From contig MU008174.1 of assembly GCA_010909165.1 (NCBI GenBank), positions 372,001 through 436,000 on the forward strand: DNA of 64,000 bases, given 5' to 3'. Of this stretch, positions 36,300-49,975 are shown piece after piece. Within the stretch, counting starts at the first letter, position 1; each line of letters begins with the position of its first letter. The DNA is from Anthoceros angustus. Its lineage: Eukaryota > Plantae > Anthocerotophyta. The notes below the pieces were generated by a model. That model did not search any database, had not been told where the DNA came from, and saw nothing but the letters and a program-made list of their open reading frames with translations. The translations under genes and the position numbers were made by a program.

Positions 36300-39200
36300 A
36301 TGGAATCCGTTTCACCATGTTTGTTTTCCAATTCGGATTTATAATTGTGTGACAATGATTTACCTCCTTATTCATGCTTGCATGTGACTGCATCTTTGAC
36401 ACCAACAGGTGTTCATTTCTCTGCAGTTACTGTATTGTTCCACTTGATGCCTTACATTCTATGCATCTAATACATCCATATAGGACGGAAGCTGGAATGA
36501 GAAGTATATATGATCAGCTAGTGAATCTCATAAATAGTGAAAATGTGGCATCTGCTAGAGACTTATCTAGAGAAAAATCTATCCATTCTGTTGAGGTAAA
36601 TTAGTTTGCTCATTCTTGAGAGGCCATCCAGCAAATCGAGGAGTATGCCTCAGGCTAAGTTAATGCCTGAAGATACATGGATATGATGTGGCAGTGTGCC
36701 CTCATGGGGTTTAACAGTGGTGGCACAGAATTGGGGAGTGCTTTTCGAGCACTCCATGCAGAGATGCTGCATGAGGCGAATCTCGGGTTATCAAAGATGT
36801 TGATAGGGATTTTGTGTGAATCAGCAGACCAAGTTTGTCTCATAGCAAGACCGTTGCTGGAGATGGATCAACGATTGAGGTATCTCCAAGTAACTCACAG
36901 ATATCTTGAGTTGCGTCTTTTGGGCAATGATCAACATGGGTATTTTACCTCCAATTAGAACTTCGCAGCATATGAGCATCGATGCAAGTTTTTGTCCCCT
37001 GTATACTTGTGGAGTGTGAATTTGTGTCTAGGGACACCGTGAGGTCCACATTCACCCTCAATGTCGTTGTAGGCCTAGGATTCGCTCCCAAGGGAATGGT
37101 TTGTGCCAAGAGACGCTAACTTCTATCACTACTGACCTTTGCCTAAGTCGGGACTTTTATCACTCCTCTTACCTATCTACTCAACTACTACTACCTCCCG
37201 ACTTGTCCCTCATCATTCCACGACAAATCTCATTCCACGACAAATCTTATTCCACGACAAATCTCATTCCACGACCGCAAATCTCATTCCACTACCGGGT
37301 AGTTGCTACGACTACCGAGGTGGGTCCCACACCAAACCCTAGCAACTCATCTCCGGCGATGGCGATCCACGCAGGCTACGTGCTCACGGTCGAGACTTTA
37401 TTTGGCACTCCACACTTCATGCACACACCAATTCCTAGAGACCAAAGTTCCACAAATCCTCTCTCACCTTCACACACACAAAGGCGCCACCCACACAATT
37501 CCACAAGGAATCTGTTTCCTCTTGTGCACACTTCCACCATGACACGGTTTGGATTCTTTTGGATCCACACAAATCTCCACCGTTAGTCTCTCAATTAGTT
37601 CCCTTCTCAACTCCTCTTACACCTCGCAGCGTCATGTTCAATCACTCCTTCACCCAATCTTCTCTCTCTCTCTCTCCCTCAATTCGCCCTGACTTCCAAC
37701 CATCCACTCAACACTTCTCTCTCAATTTGAACACAACTAAGAACAAGGGTGAAGGAAAGAAGAACCCCGGGCGTCCACAGGCGTTACGAGCAAGCTCCGG
37801 ACCGCCCGCGCCAATCCCTTGGTTTCCTCCTCCTTTGTCGCAAGATTGCTCTATCACCCCTCCTCCCCGGTTGCGGAGCAAGCTCTCGACCACCCCTAGG
37901 GCGTCTCGCGCACACCACCTCTGTCAATCGGACGTCTCCAACCAGCCACAGCGTGGGGATCTCAACCAGAGTTATCGATGTGAGGGGCACAACCAAGCCC
38001 CTTTATACAATTCTTTGGGCGTCATAGCCACCGGACTTTCAGTCCTAAAAGCGGTGAGCGAGGCCCCTACAATTTCGGACGGCCTTAGGTCCAGGATGGC
38101 ATCCTATCCAAAGTTCTATTCCTAGGATGCCACTACTCCCTGCCCATGTTATCTTCGCACTCCCCCTCCGATTTGGTCGCTGGCCCTTCGTCCTTTCTTT
38201 GCTGAATTTATGGGTCCTCCTTCCTCGTTCTTGATGGAAAATCCTCCCATAAACTCTCCTTTGTTTTCCATGATCCCAAGTCCCAGCTCCCTCACCAATC
38301 CTCCACCTCGGACCCTCAATGGTCCATATTTGGCCATTAGGCGTCAAAATTCTGCTGCAACCTTGGGCGCCATGCTCTGCAAAACCCTCACGCCCACGCC
38401 TCAAATTGCTGATAACTCGCCTCGGAATCTCCAACTTGGTCCCCAGGTTTCTTCCTTCCAGAATCGCGAGCTCCCGCCGCCACGGGCTGCCCTTCTGACC
38501 TCGTGCGAGCTCGTGCCACTGTCGAGATCGTCTGAGCTACCGCCCGCGCCTCGTGCCTTCCGAGTTCCCTTAGGGTTATATTTCCCGGAAACTCTCGATG
38601 CCAACCGCGCTACCACTTCTTCTTCCGACCGCTCCTTCCTTCCACGACCGCCCGTCAGTTCGCCAACCGTCTTGAAACATAGTCCCCGATCGTGACCACA
38701 CACAGTTCAACTACCGCCCGGTTGGTTCGACCTCTAGCCTACGGACCTCTGCCAAATATGGGGACCCCCCTCCCACATATATAGACTTTCTATTAGATAT
38801 TCCGAGACCAAAGGCCAAGGAGTATCGAGTTCATAGTCTAAGGACCGATTATTATTCAACCCAGGAAACAACCCAAAAACTCATAGGTCAAGGACACTTT
38901 CTAGTATAAATATCCCTTCCTACTAACAACCTAGCTCGTTTTGACACCAAACTTAGCAGAAAAAAACAAAAAATCACTCAAAGACACAATCCAACAGGGA
39001 GTTTCGAAATCCATATCGTTTACAATACTTGCAGTATTTCCTAACAACTTCATCAAGACTTTTGTTAAGTTCTTGGTTCGGTGCAAGATGGCTTGTTGTA
39101 GCTTTGGCCACACTGAACATACATTGCAAGAGTTAGATCATGCGACGATAAGGTATCATGTTTATTTTCTCCACTGCTTTTCCATGATCCCAAGTCCCAG

Positions 39201-41330
39201 CTCCCTCACCAATCCTCCACCTCGGACCCTCCAATGGTCCATATTTGGCCATTGGGCCAAATTTCAGCAACCTTGGGCCATGCTCTGCAAAACCCTCCTA
39301 CCAAATTGCTGATAACTCGCCTCGGAATCTCCAACTTGGTCCCCCTGTGGTTTCTTCCTTCCAGAATCGCGAGCTCCCGCCGCCACTGTGGCCTCGCCTT
39401 TACACCTCGTGCAGCTCGTGCCACTGTCGAGATCGTCTGAGCTACCTCCGCTACTGTGGCCTTCCGAGTTCCCTTAGGGTTATATTTCCCCGGAAACTCT
39501 ACGACCGCCAACCGGCTTCCGCTACCACTTCTTCTTCCGCGACCGCTCCTTCCTTCCACGACCGCCCGTCAGTTCGCCAACCGTCTTCGAAACATAGTCC
39601 CCGCACACCCCAGTCAGCGACCACACACCAGTTCAACTACCGCCCGGTTGGTTCGACCTCTAGCCTACGGACCTCTGCCAAATATGGGGACCCCCCTCCC
39701 ACATATATAGACTTTCTATTAGATATTCCGAGACCAAAGGCCAAGGAGTATCGAGTTCATAGTCTAAGGACCGATTATTATTCAACCCAGGAAACAACCC
39801 AAAAACTCATAGGTCAAGGACACTTTCTAGTATAAATATCCCTTCCTACTAACAACCTAGCTCGTTTTGACACCAAACTTAGCAGAAAAAAACAAAAAAT
39901 CACTCAAAGACACAATCCAACAGGGAGTTTCGAAATCCATATCGTTTACAATACTTGCAGTATTTCCTAACAACTTCATCAAGACTTTTGTTAAGTTCTT
40001 GGTTCGGTGCAAGATGGCTTGTTGTAGCTTTGGCCACACTGAACATACATTGCAAGAGTTAGATCATGCGACGATAAGGTATCATGTTTATTTTCTCCTG
40101 CTTTCAAGAGTTCAAACCTGAATTGAAACTTCTTGAATACTCTAATATGCTTGTATGTTGGGCTTGTAGTGCTGTTGAATCGATGAGAGGCAGTCTCAGT
40201 AAGTAGTAGATATCGGGGTTTGATACTATCAAGGTGCATGCTACGACTCACATATCAGACTGCATTCGAAGGTGTGGTCTTCCCTGGGAGTATGGCGCAG
40301 AAATGTTTGAGCAAATGCCTATACAATGGATGAAAGTGCCCTATCGAGCAAGCAACAAGCGCAACTTCACTTATCAAATTGTGAAGTATATCGTCGCCTG
40401 GCCGCATTGAGGAGTGAAATGGCAAATGCTAAAGGGCTAACACCACCAAAAGAGAGAGAGATTGCTCTTGATCGTATAACATCATATTGTCACTACCTTT
40501 CTTGGAATGATTGCTTTTTGTATTTTGAAACTAATCTAACTAGATAGTGGTTAATGTGCAGGCTGTTAACACTAGTATCTTCCAGCTATCTAGTGGCACA
40601 TTCCATGTAAGATGGCAAAGGCTTGTGGAGGGTGAAGAACTGACTCATGGAGATTCCACCAAACTGTTTGAAGCACAGCCTGAGCTGCAGTGTCATTTAC
40701 GGCAAGAGTTGGACACGTACTTGAGCAAAAATGGCCTATGATTGGCTTATGGACAGGTCACATTTCTACTCATTATCTTCTTTGCTGGAAATGTGTAGAA
40801 CACTATGTACGATGTTGAGAAAAATATTCTGCATAGCTTAAATGATGCTTTTGGTATTGTACATGCACAGGCCATGGTATTGAAGATAAGAACGAGTCTG
40901 GCCATAGTAGCAAGTGTTGGGAGACTGGCCAATGTACCTTAGAGCCAGCAATATTTTCCATGGAAGGCCATTTTTCTCATACATTAGCATTCAGATGGAA
41001 TATGAATGTGAGGAAGAACGAACCTCATATACGCAGGTCTGCTTATTTTTTATAGTGAAGACTCTAGATGCATGTGGGTTGAAGGGCATTAAGGAATTAG
41101 CTTTCATTCGACAGTATATCAAGTTGCAACGAACTGCATCTAGTGATTTGATTCAGTTTCAAGAGCTCAAGTGGGCTGATGGTCCTGCTCGACCCTTTGA
41201 ACATCGAAGCTTCAGTACCGATAGGTTCATGGTGGTTGAGATTAATAGAATCTTGAGAGCTCAATACTTGGTACTAAATTGGAACTCAGATTTCAAAACA
41301 AAGTTTTTTGTAAACAAGTACAAGCGTTAA
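36300..41330 (+). pseudogene. Decayed Plavaka/EnSpm-like transposase, interrupted by a solo LTR
   Basis: Fragments ALHAEMLHEANLGL, FDTIKVHATTHISDCIRRCGLPGSYGAEMFE (about 40220-40310) and LRASNIFHGRPFFSYISI...YTQVCLFF are in the order expected for Plavaka-type transposases. The region has many stops. Confidence 0.6.
37008..38777 (-). mobile_element. 1.8-kb solo LTR related to the TGTGG...CCACA family but lacking the ORF (end duplicated to 39703)
   Basis: Termini TGTGGAG / CTCCCACA. Flanks TATACT and TATATA form an imperfect TSD. TATAAA on the minus strand at 38002-38007. GAGGGTGAAT lies 42 bp from the end, as in copy 2. Internal 17-bp tandem aaatctcattccacgac at 37215-37290. Confidence 0.65.
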
Positions 41331-41882
41331 GCTTGAGGATTGAAAGGAAAGGAAACCTTTCCTTTCAGAGTCACTGGAAAGGTTTTGAAGCAACTACGGT
41401 CTCTACAGCACTGGACACTAGCCAACAATTCGCTCCCACAACTGGGAGATAGCTACTTATTAGAGTTCTGTGCACTTTTTCCTTCTACAGGCCCATGTAT
41501 TCAGTCGAAGCTCAAAGAGAACTTTGAGATGTGTTTGACAGAGAATTCTAAGAGAACTCGTTTGCTCAAAGAGAACTCGTTCGTTGATGATAGCAACCTG
41601 ACGGCAATTTTTATATATGTAGGTTGATGTTAGACACCATCTGTGACAAAAAAACAACAAGAGCCTATCAAAAGCTGATTTGATGTACCACTCTCGTTTG
41701 GACAAGTGGCTGCAAAAAATATGTTGCTTTTACTACTTTGACCTGGGTCAGGAGGCAATTTCCACCATTCTTGTTGCTCATACATAACGACTTGGCTTTG
41801 AATCATCTCTCTTTGAACACTTTCACTGTGCGCATGTGCTTAGAGTAAAAACTGATCACATACACACGGTAGGCTATCAATA

Positions 41883-42027
41883 TGTTAAAGGTTATCCTAA
41901 CACAGATTAACATATGATTACCTAATGCTAGTTAGGTAAATTGAACAGTCACTTGTGCAAGTATTTTAACACACACAATTTTGTATTTTATTCATTCTGT
42001 TTACAACAAGCTTCCGCTTTTATATCA
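41883..42027 (+). repeat. Copia 5' LTR
   Basis: Direct repeat of 50754-50898, followed by a tRNA-iMet PBS. Confidence 0.95.
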
Positions 42028-42545
42028 TGGTATCAGAGCTCCAGGCTCTTTGATCCATGCTGCTCGTCTTTACATAGATGTAGGCTTCTCTATCTACGAG
42101 AACAGATGCTGCACTCCAGATGAGATAAGGTTTTCAACGTAATTTAGTGTGCATTCACACATACACGCTAAGCTATGTTGAAACTCCTATCTCACCCCCT
42201 GCACATCACTGTTAGCCTAGCCATGGTGGGATTGCATTAAGAAACAATCTATGTCGGTCTCACTTGAGCAGCAGGGATGACGCGTGGGTCTAGAAATAGG
42301 TATCATGTTCTGTTTGTAGGGGAATCAGAACTAGAACTGCCCTCTACTACAAACAGATGCCTTGAGGATCCTCCTAGGAGAATCTCTAAACGAAATCCTC
42401 ACACGGCTCCCTTCTCCATTGCATCTCGAGCATTAGAGACATCCCGTGGTAAACAACAGGATCCGCGTCTCTGCACCTATCACATAAATCAACGTGCAAA
42501 CTCAAGACGAGGGTTAGAGAGACGACCACCAAGAGTTTACCCATC

Positions 42546-43136
42546 CACTACAAGAATCGCAGATGTTTTACAATGCATTTTACAACGTAATTTACAACCT
42601 CACGTTGTAAAAACGGGCATTTACGTTTGTGGTACAACTAGGTTGTCAAAATCTTGACGTGGCGCAAGATTGCTACGTCATCAAGTTCTTGACGTGGCAT
42701 ACATCACCTAACCGGACGGGTAAGGTGTCCGGGTAGCCGTTTTACAACGTCATTTACAACGTTCGGCTCGTTTACAACCTAAATGACAAGGCCATTTACG
42801 TTGTAAATGGCCTCCAACATTGTAAATGGCCTCCAGTCATATTTTTGTGATTAATAATAATAACAAAGAGTTTTGAAGAAATAAAGAACAAATTTTGAGA
42901 AAAAGGCTTTTACAACGTAATCTGCAACGTGGGAGCCACGTCATCAATCCGTTGTTGTAAATGAGCACCCAAAAGAGTGCCACATCATCCAACTAGAAAC
43001 CCCCGTAGTAAACCGAGTCTTAAAACTTGCCACATCAGCGAAACTTAAACCAATTTACAACGGAGGTGTTTAGACGTTGTAAAGATTGGGGGATTTGCAA
43101 AAGGGGTTTTGTAAAACACCCCTCTCCCTAGTAGTG
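42546..43136. mobile_element. Non-autonomous CACTA (En/Spm) element nested in the Copia
   Basis: CACTACAAGAA...CCCTAGTAGTG termini, 3-bp TSD ATC (42543-42545 and 43137-43139), and many subterminal TTTACAAC/GTTGTAAA repeats in both orientations. Confidence 0.93.
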
Positions 43137-43436
43137 ATCCGTTGCAGACGAGGATCTGATCTTGGACGATTCCTATTCAGCACTTGAAGATCGCCTTCGC
43201 GACACATAAGTGCTGCTGTTCAGAACAAGATCAGACCTCACTCTTCAGATCGACTCAGCAATTCGCATGATTGCTGCTCTCACGGAGAACCTGTGGCTGC
43301 ACTCTGAGGCGACCAGAGTGCAAACTGAGACTATTCAGAGAATTGCGCATTTCCTCAGAGTTCCAGAACAAGGACACTCGGCGGTGGATCCACATGTTGC
43401 CCTCTACTTACCAACTCTGACGCCTCCAACTCGTGA

Positions 43437-46400
43437 GTGCAACGCCGAGGCGGCTTTGATCGGATGGTGTATGGCGTCTGCGGTAGGAGGTGGATGAGCT
43501 CGCCACTCCATCGTTGTTCGACTGACCCATCAGCCAGCACACACGACAGTTGGTGGTCATGGACACGTAGACACATTGCCTTTTTTGACAGTTTGGGAGC
43601 ACACATAACAAAGTTCAGGTACCTGCGGGCTCAGCTATCTACACTCGGCAGCACAATGTCTGAGGTGGAAGCTGTTGCTCAGTTACTTGGCAGTTTGCCT
43701 CCCACCTACCAAACCTTCATTTCTGGACAGAATGCTGCTCTCCAGTCTTCGTACATTGCTGTTGCTGCTGGTCAACCAGCGACTATCAACCTCAACAACG
43801 TGATTGGTGCACTCCTGCAAGAGGAGCAAAGCCATCACAGGTCTGGACCCGGCTCCAAAAATCGAGGTGAAAAAGTGCTGTTTGCAGCCAAGGGCAAAGC
43901 GTTTGGGAGGGGAACAGACAAAGGAGGAAAGAAACCAACCTCCATTTCGCCCTCGACTACCAAACGAACATGCACGTGCAACTGGTGTGGTATTCCTGGT
44001 CATTGGGAGCGGGACTGTCGCAACAAGCAAGCTGGTGATCCGAAGAAGGACGTGAAATCATCTCAAGCTCATGTTGCTGTGAAGGACTCCAAGCAACCTT
44101 CACACCGAAGTGCTGCAACAGCTTTGACTGTGTGCTTCACTGCTACACGTGAGCTTTCATCTCTGTGGTTTATTGACTCAGGTGCCACCGCACATGTTTG
44201 CAATAACCAGCAGCTGTTCATGATGTCGTGATCACGACATTCTGGAACACAACCACACCACAGTCAGTGTATGTGGGAGATGCTCGAGGAGTTGCAGTTA
44301 AAGGTACTGGACGTGTTGTCATACCTCTAATGAATGGAGAGTCACTCCAGCTGGAAGATGTCCTCTATGTGCCCTCCATGTTAAAGAACCTGATTTCCAT
44401 TCGAGCAATTACAAGTAGTCAGTTGTATGGTTTCCGTTTTGAAGCTAACCACTGTTACATTTACAGCTTAAGTGATTCTGACCATTATTTAGCAAAAGCT
44501 GTAGTTGTGGGTGACCTGTATCAACTGATCACTACATCCAAGAGGTTAGAACGAGCATATATAGTCTCTTCTTTGAATCAGGCCAGCTAGACTAGGGCAT
44601 GTAAATAAAAGCTAACTTGACCTTATGTCAGCGTCTGATTGTTACAGGGAGAAGTTGCCCTCATGTTTTAAGTCTCTTCCGTTTGCGCTCATGTGTCTTG
44701 TCAAGCAGCGCCTTTCAAAATAAGAGTGCCACAAGGGCAACGTCTTTGCTAGAGTTAGTACATGCTGACATAGCTGGAAAATTGCAGATTAAGTCTTTAG
44801 GAGGTGCTAAGTACTATCTAACATTCACTGATGATTATTCACGATATACTTGGACTTACCCTTCAAGGCACAAAAGTGATGCCTTTGATCGATTGCATCT
44901 TGATTGTCATGGTTCAACGCCAAACCGGGTCGATAAAAAATGTCTAAGGACGATTATGGAGGCGAGTTCGTTGGCTACAAATATGATGAACTCTTCAACA
45001 AGTGTGGCATCATTCACCAACCGCTCTTCTCTACACACACAAAGAAACGGTGTTGCTGAGTGTAAGAACCAGACACTTATGGGCATGACACGAAGTATGC
45101 TTTCTTATCGGTGTTACCTAAAAAGTAATGGGCAGAAGCCATTACTACTGCAACATATATTATGAATAGACTTCTTACATCCGTCGAAAGCAGACTCCAT
45201 ATGAATTGTTTTGGGGACGTAAGCCCAGTATAAATCACTTAAGGGTGTTTGGATCACCTGCCTTTGTGTATGTTCTTGCGAGAAAAGGAAAAGTTAGATG
45301 ACGCCTTACCCTTGCTTCTAGGCTATTCGAGGAAAAGTAAGGCATACAAGTTGATTGATCCCCAAACCCACAAGGTGGTACTAGCAAGAAGTGTCACGTT
45401 TGATGAGCTTACCTCTCCTAGATCGTAACCATCACATGAACTACTTGAGGGAGGTTCTACCTCCGGTGAGCAAGATGATTCGAGATAGTGAGGTAATGCT
45501 CGATGATTCTCGATGCCCCAAAGACTGCTTCACGGCCCGCCGCCTTGCGTATATTCAACCACCTCCACCCGGATGTGTATCCCGACTCGGATGGTGAGGC
45601 GGCGACGTCTTTGGACAATGGAGATGCCGATTGCGATCTGCAATCTGTCGACCATCATGTTGAATCAGACCCAGACCCCATGGTTGATGATGACTCACAG
45701 TCTGACAGGTCTGATGGTGGTTCTCATTATTCCGAAGATGACAGAACCGATCCAGCAGATCCAGTGGGAGCATAAATTCATGCTGATCTTCCCTCTCCAC
45801 GCTATCTTGTTAGAGAACGGAGGCCAAGGTCAGAATGGACAGAAGTACCATACGAGTCTATTGATTTTCGTAAATCAAAGATAACTTGACCTTATGTCGC
45901 TGGTTACAGGAGAAGTTGCCCTCATGTTTTAAGTCTCTTCCCGTTTGCAGTTCATGTGTACTGTCCAAACAGAAAGAACTGCCTTTCAAAAATAAGAGTG
46001 CCACAAGGGCAACGTCTTTGCTAGAGTTAGTACATGCTGACATAGCTGGAAAATTGCAGATTAAGTCTTTAGGAGGTGCTAAGTACTATCTAACATTCAC
46101 TGATGATTATTCACGATATACTTGGACTTACCCTTCAAGGCACAAAAGTGATGCCTTTGATCAGATTGCATCTTGGATTGTCATGGTTCAACGCCAAACT
46201 GGCTGTCTGATAAAATGTCTAAGGACAGATTATGGAGGCGAGTTCGTTGGCCACAAATATGATGAACTCTTCAACAAGTGTGGCATCATTCACCAACTGT
46301 CTGTGCCCTACACACACATGACAAAGCGGTGTTGAGTGTAAGAACCGAACACTTATGGGCATGACACGTATGCTTTCTTATCGGTGTTACCTAAAAGTAA

Positions 46401-49400
46401 TGGGCGAAGCCATTACTACGCAACATATATTATGAATAGACTTCTTACATCTAACGTTAGAGGACTCCATATGAATTGTTTTGGGGACGTAAGCCCGATA
46501 TAAATCACTTAAGGGTGTTTGGATCACTGCCTTTGTGTATGTTCTGCAGAGAAAAGGAAAAGTTAGATGACGCCTTACCCTTGCTTCTAGGCTATTCGAG
46601 GAAAGTAAGGCATACAAGTTGATTGATCCCCAAACCCACAAGGTGGTACTAGCAAGAAGTGTCACGTTTGATGAGCTTACCTCTCCTAGATCGTAACCAT
46701 CACATGAACTACTTGAGGGAGGTTCTACCTCCGTGAGCAAGATGATTCGAGATAGTGAGGTAATGCTCGATGATTCCGTGATGCCCAAAGACTGTTTCAC
46801 TTGGCCCTGCCTTGCGTGCTATTCAACCACCTCCACCCGGATGTGTATCCCGACTGGATGGTGAGCGCACCTACGCACGTTTGGACAATGGAGATGCGAT
46901 CCGCAACTGCCGACCATCATGTTGAATCGGGCCAGCTAGACTAGGGCATGTAAATAAAAGCTAACTTGACCTTATGTCGTGGATTATTCAGGAGAAGTTG
47001 CCCTCATGTTTTAAGTCTCTTCCGTTTGCGCTCATGTGTCTTGTCAAGCAGCGCCTTTCAAAATAAGAGTGCCACAAGGGCAAGCGTCTTTGCTAGAGTT
47101 AGTACATGCCGACATAGCGGAAAATTGCGATTAAGTCTTTAGGAGGTGCTAAGTACTATCTAACATTCAGCGATGATTATTCACGATATACTTGGACTTA
47201 CCCTTCAAGGCACAAAAGTGATGCCTTTGATCGATTGCATCTTGGATTGTCATGGTTCAACGCCAAACCGGGTCGATAAAATGTCTAAGGACAGATTATG
47301 GAGGCGAGTTCGTTGGCCACAAATATGATGAACTCTTCAACAAGTGTGGCATCATTCACCAACTGTCTGTGCCCTACACACAACAGCAAAACGGTGTTGC
47401 TGAGTGTAAGAACCAGACACTTATGGGCATGACACGAAGTATGCTTTCTTATGCGGTGTTACCTAAAAAGTAATGGGCAGAAGCCATTACTACTGCAACA
47501 TATATTATGAATAGACTTCTTACATCTGCTGTTCGAGGGCAGACTCCATATGAATTGTTTTGGGGACGTAAGCCCAGTATAAATCACTTAAGGGTGTTTG
47601 GATCACCTGCCTTTGTGTATGTTCTTGCAGAGAAAAGGAAAAAGTTAGATGACAGGGCAGTTCCTTACCTGTTTCTAGGCTATTCTGAGGAAAGTAAGGC
47701 ATACAAGTTGATTGATCCCCAAACCCACAAGGTGGTACTAGCAAGAAGTGTCACGTTTGATGAGCTTACCTCTCCTAGATCAGAACCATCACATGAACTA
47801 CTTGAGGGAGGTTCTACCTCCGGTGAGCAAGATGATTCAGATAGTGAGGTAATGCTCGATGATTCTGGTGATGCCCCAGCACCTGTTTCACTTGGCCCTG
47901 CCTTGCGTGCTATTCAACCACCTCCACCAGATGTGTATCCCGACTCGGATGGTGAGGCAGCAGCCACAGACGTTTTGGACAATGGAGATGCCGATTGCGA
48001 TCTGCAATCTGTCGACCATCATGTTGAATCAGACCCAGACCCCATGGTTGATGATGACTCACGATGTGCTCGATGGTGGTTCTCATTATTCAAGATGATG
48101 AACCGATCCGGCAGATCCGTGGGAGCATAAATTCATGCTGATCTTCCCTCTCCACGCTATCTTGTTAGAGAACGGAGGCCAAGGTCAGAATGGACAGAAG
48201 TACCATACGAGTCTATTGATTTTCGTAAATCAGCATATGTGGCAGACTTATTTGTTCCAGATGTTAGGCATGACCCTCAGTCGTATGATCAAGCTCTTAA
48301 TGGCCATGATGGTGCACATTGGCGGGTTAGCATCGACGATGAGTACAACAGTTTAATTAAGCACAACACGTGGGAGTTGGTGGACCTACCTCCAGGTCGT
48401 AAGCCCATCACCTGCAAGTGGGTATTTAAAACTAAATTAAAGTCTGATGGCACTATTGCTCGCTATAAATCTCGACTGGTTGCAAGAGGTTTTAGCCAAA
48501 TCCCAGGTGTGGATTATGGGGAGACTTTCTCTCCTGTTGTAAAGCCACCATCTATTCGGATTCTGCTTGCAATGGCTGCGGAGTATGATCTCGAGGTTCA
48601 CCAGATGGATGTTTGTACAACATTCCTCCATGGTGAGCTAGAGGAGGTTCTGTACATGGAGCAGCTAGAGGGTTTGGTTAGCTCTAAGTGGCCTCAGCGC
48701 GTATGTAAGCTCCTGAAAACCTTGTATGGCTTAAAGCAGAGCCCGAGGGCTTGGTATAAGCGCATCATGAAGTACCTCAAGAAAATGGGCTTTGTGCAGT
48801 GTGGAGCAGACTCCAATGTGTTCTATTTCGCAGAAGGGGACTTCTTCGTGATCCTTGCCCTCTATGTCGATGATGCCATACTGTTGAGTAACAGCACTGT
48901 TATGTTAAACAAATCCAAGGACTTGCTTCGAGCAGAATTTGAAATGACAGACCAAGGAGAATTACAGTTTTGCCTTGGAATTCAAATTCTTCGAGACAGA
49001 CCTGCTGGCACGATTATACTACATCAAACCAAGTATCTTAAGGAGATTCTGAAGCGTTTCGGTCTTGATGCTGCTTGTCCTGTCTCCACTCCCTCAGCAG
49101 TGGGAGAAAAGTTGACAGTAGACATGTCTCCTACAGCTGTTACGGATATTACCAACATGCAAGCTGTACCTTATGCTGAGGCTGTGGGTTGCCTTATCTT
49201 TATTGCCAATTGGGCTCGCCCCGATATCTCCTATGCAGTTAGCATCGTTAGTCAATTCCTCAAAAGCCCAGGCCGAGCTCATTGGGCTGCTATCAAGAGG
49301 ATTTATCGATATCTCAAGGGCACAGTTCACCTTGGCTTGCACTACACAGCTAGCGGACATAAGCAGATGGTGCTCACCTCATAGGCTGATGCCGACTGGG

Positions 49401-49975
49401 CGTCCGATGCAGATACCAGACGAAGTCTATCAGCCTATGTGTTTCAGCTAGCATCAGGATCCGTCAACTGGTCCTGCAAAAAGCAAGCATCATTAGCGCT
49501 TTCAAGTACTGAAGCCGAGTATAAAGCTTTAACAGATGCTTGTAAGGAAGCAGAGTGGGAAAGGCAATTCCTGAATGGTATTCACTTATCTCAGACAGAT
49601 CCAACCCAGCTTTTCTGTGACAATATGGGTGCCATTGCCCTGGTCTCGAATCCGAGATTCCATGCACGCACGAAACATATAGAACTGTATCATCATTTTA
49701 TACGTGATGCAGCAGAAAGAGGGGTTGTGAAGGTTGAGTATATACACACAGATAGCAACACTGCCGATATTTTGACTAAGGGGCTTGTCAAGGCGAAGCA
49801 CTACAGACATGTGGCAGCTCTTGGACTGAAGGAGTTTGCTATGCCTACTCCTCCTCTACAACATGAGGCCGTCTCTTGCCCTACAGGAAGGATGAAGGAC
49901 ACTTTTTCTAAAAGGGCTCGACAGGTCTGTTGTCGATTGGTTAAGAAGGTCCAGACGTCCAGCCTGATCTTCTAA
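43437..49975 (+). pseudogene. Copia gag-pol polyprotein (disrupted; integrase region triplicated)
   Basis: CNWCGIPGHWERDC zinc knuckle, WFIDSGAT protease, LELVHADI / TDYGGEF / QQNGVAE integrase, CKWVFKTK / ARGFSQIPGVDYGETFSPV / LYVDD reverse transcriptase, and ADADWA / SSTEAEY / ADILTK RNase H. Confidence 0.95.

Noticed and set aside
42121-42305. TG...CA segment within the Copia leader as a nested solo LTR
   Set aside because: No matching TSD and no second copy in the window.
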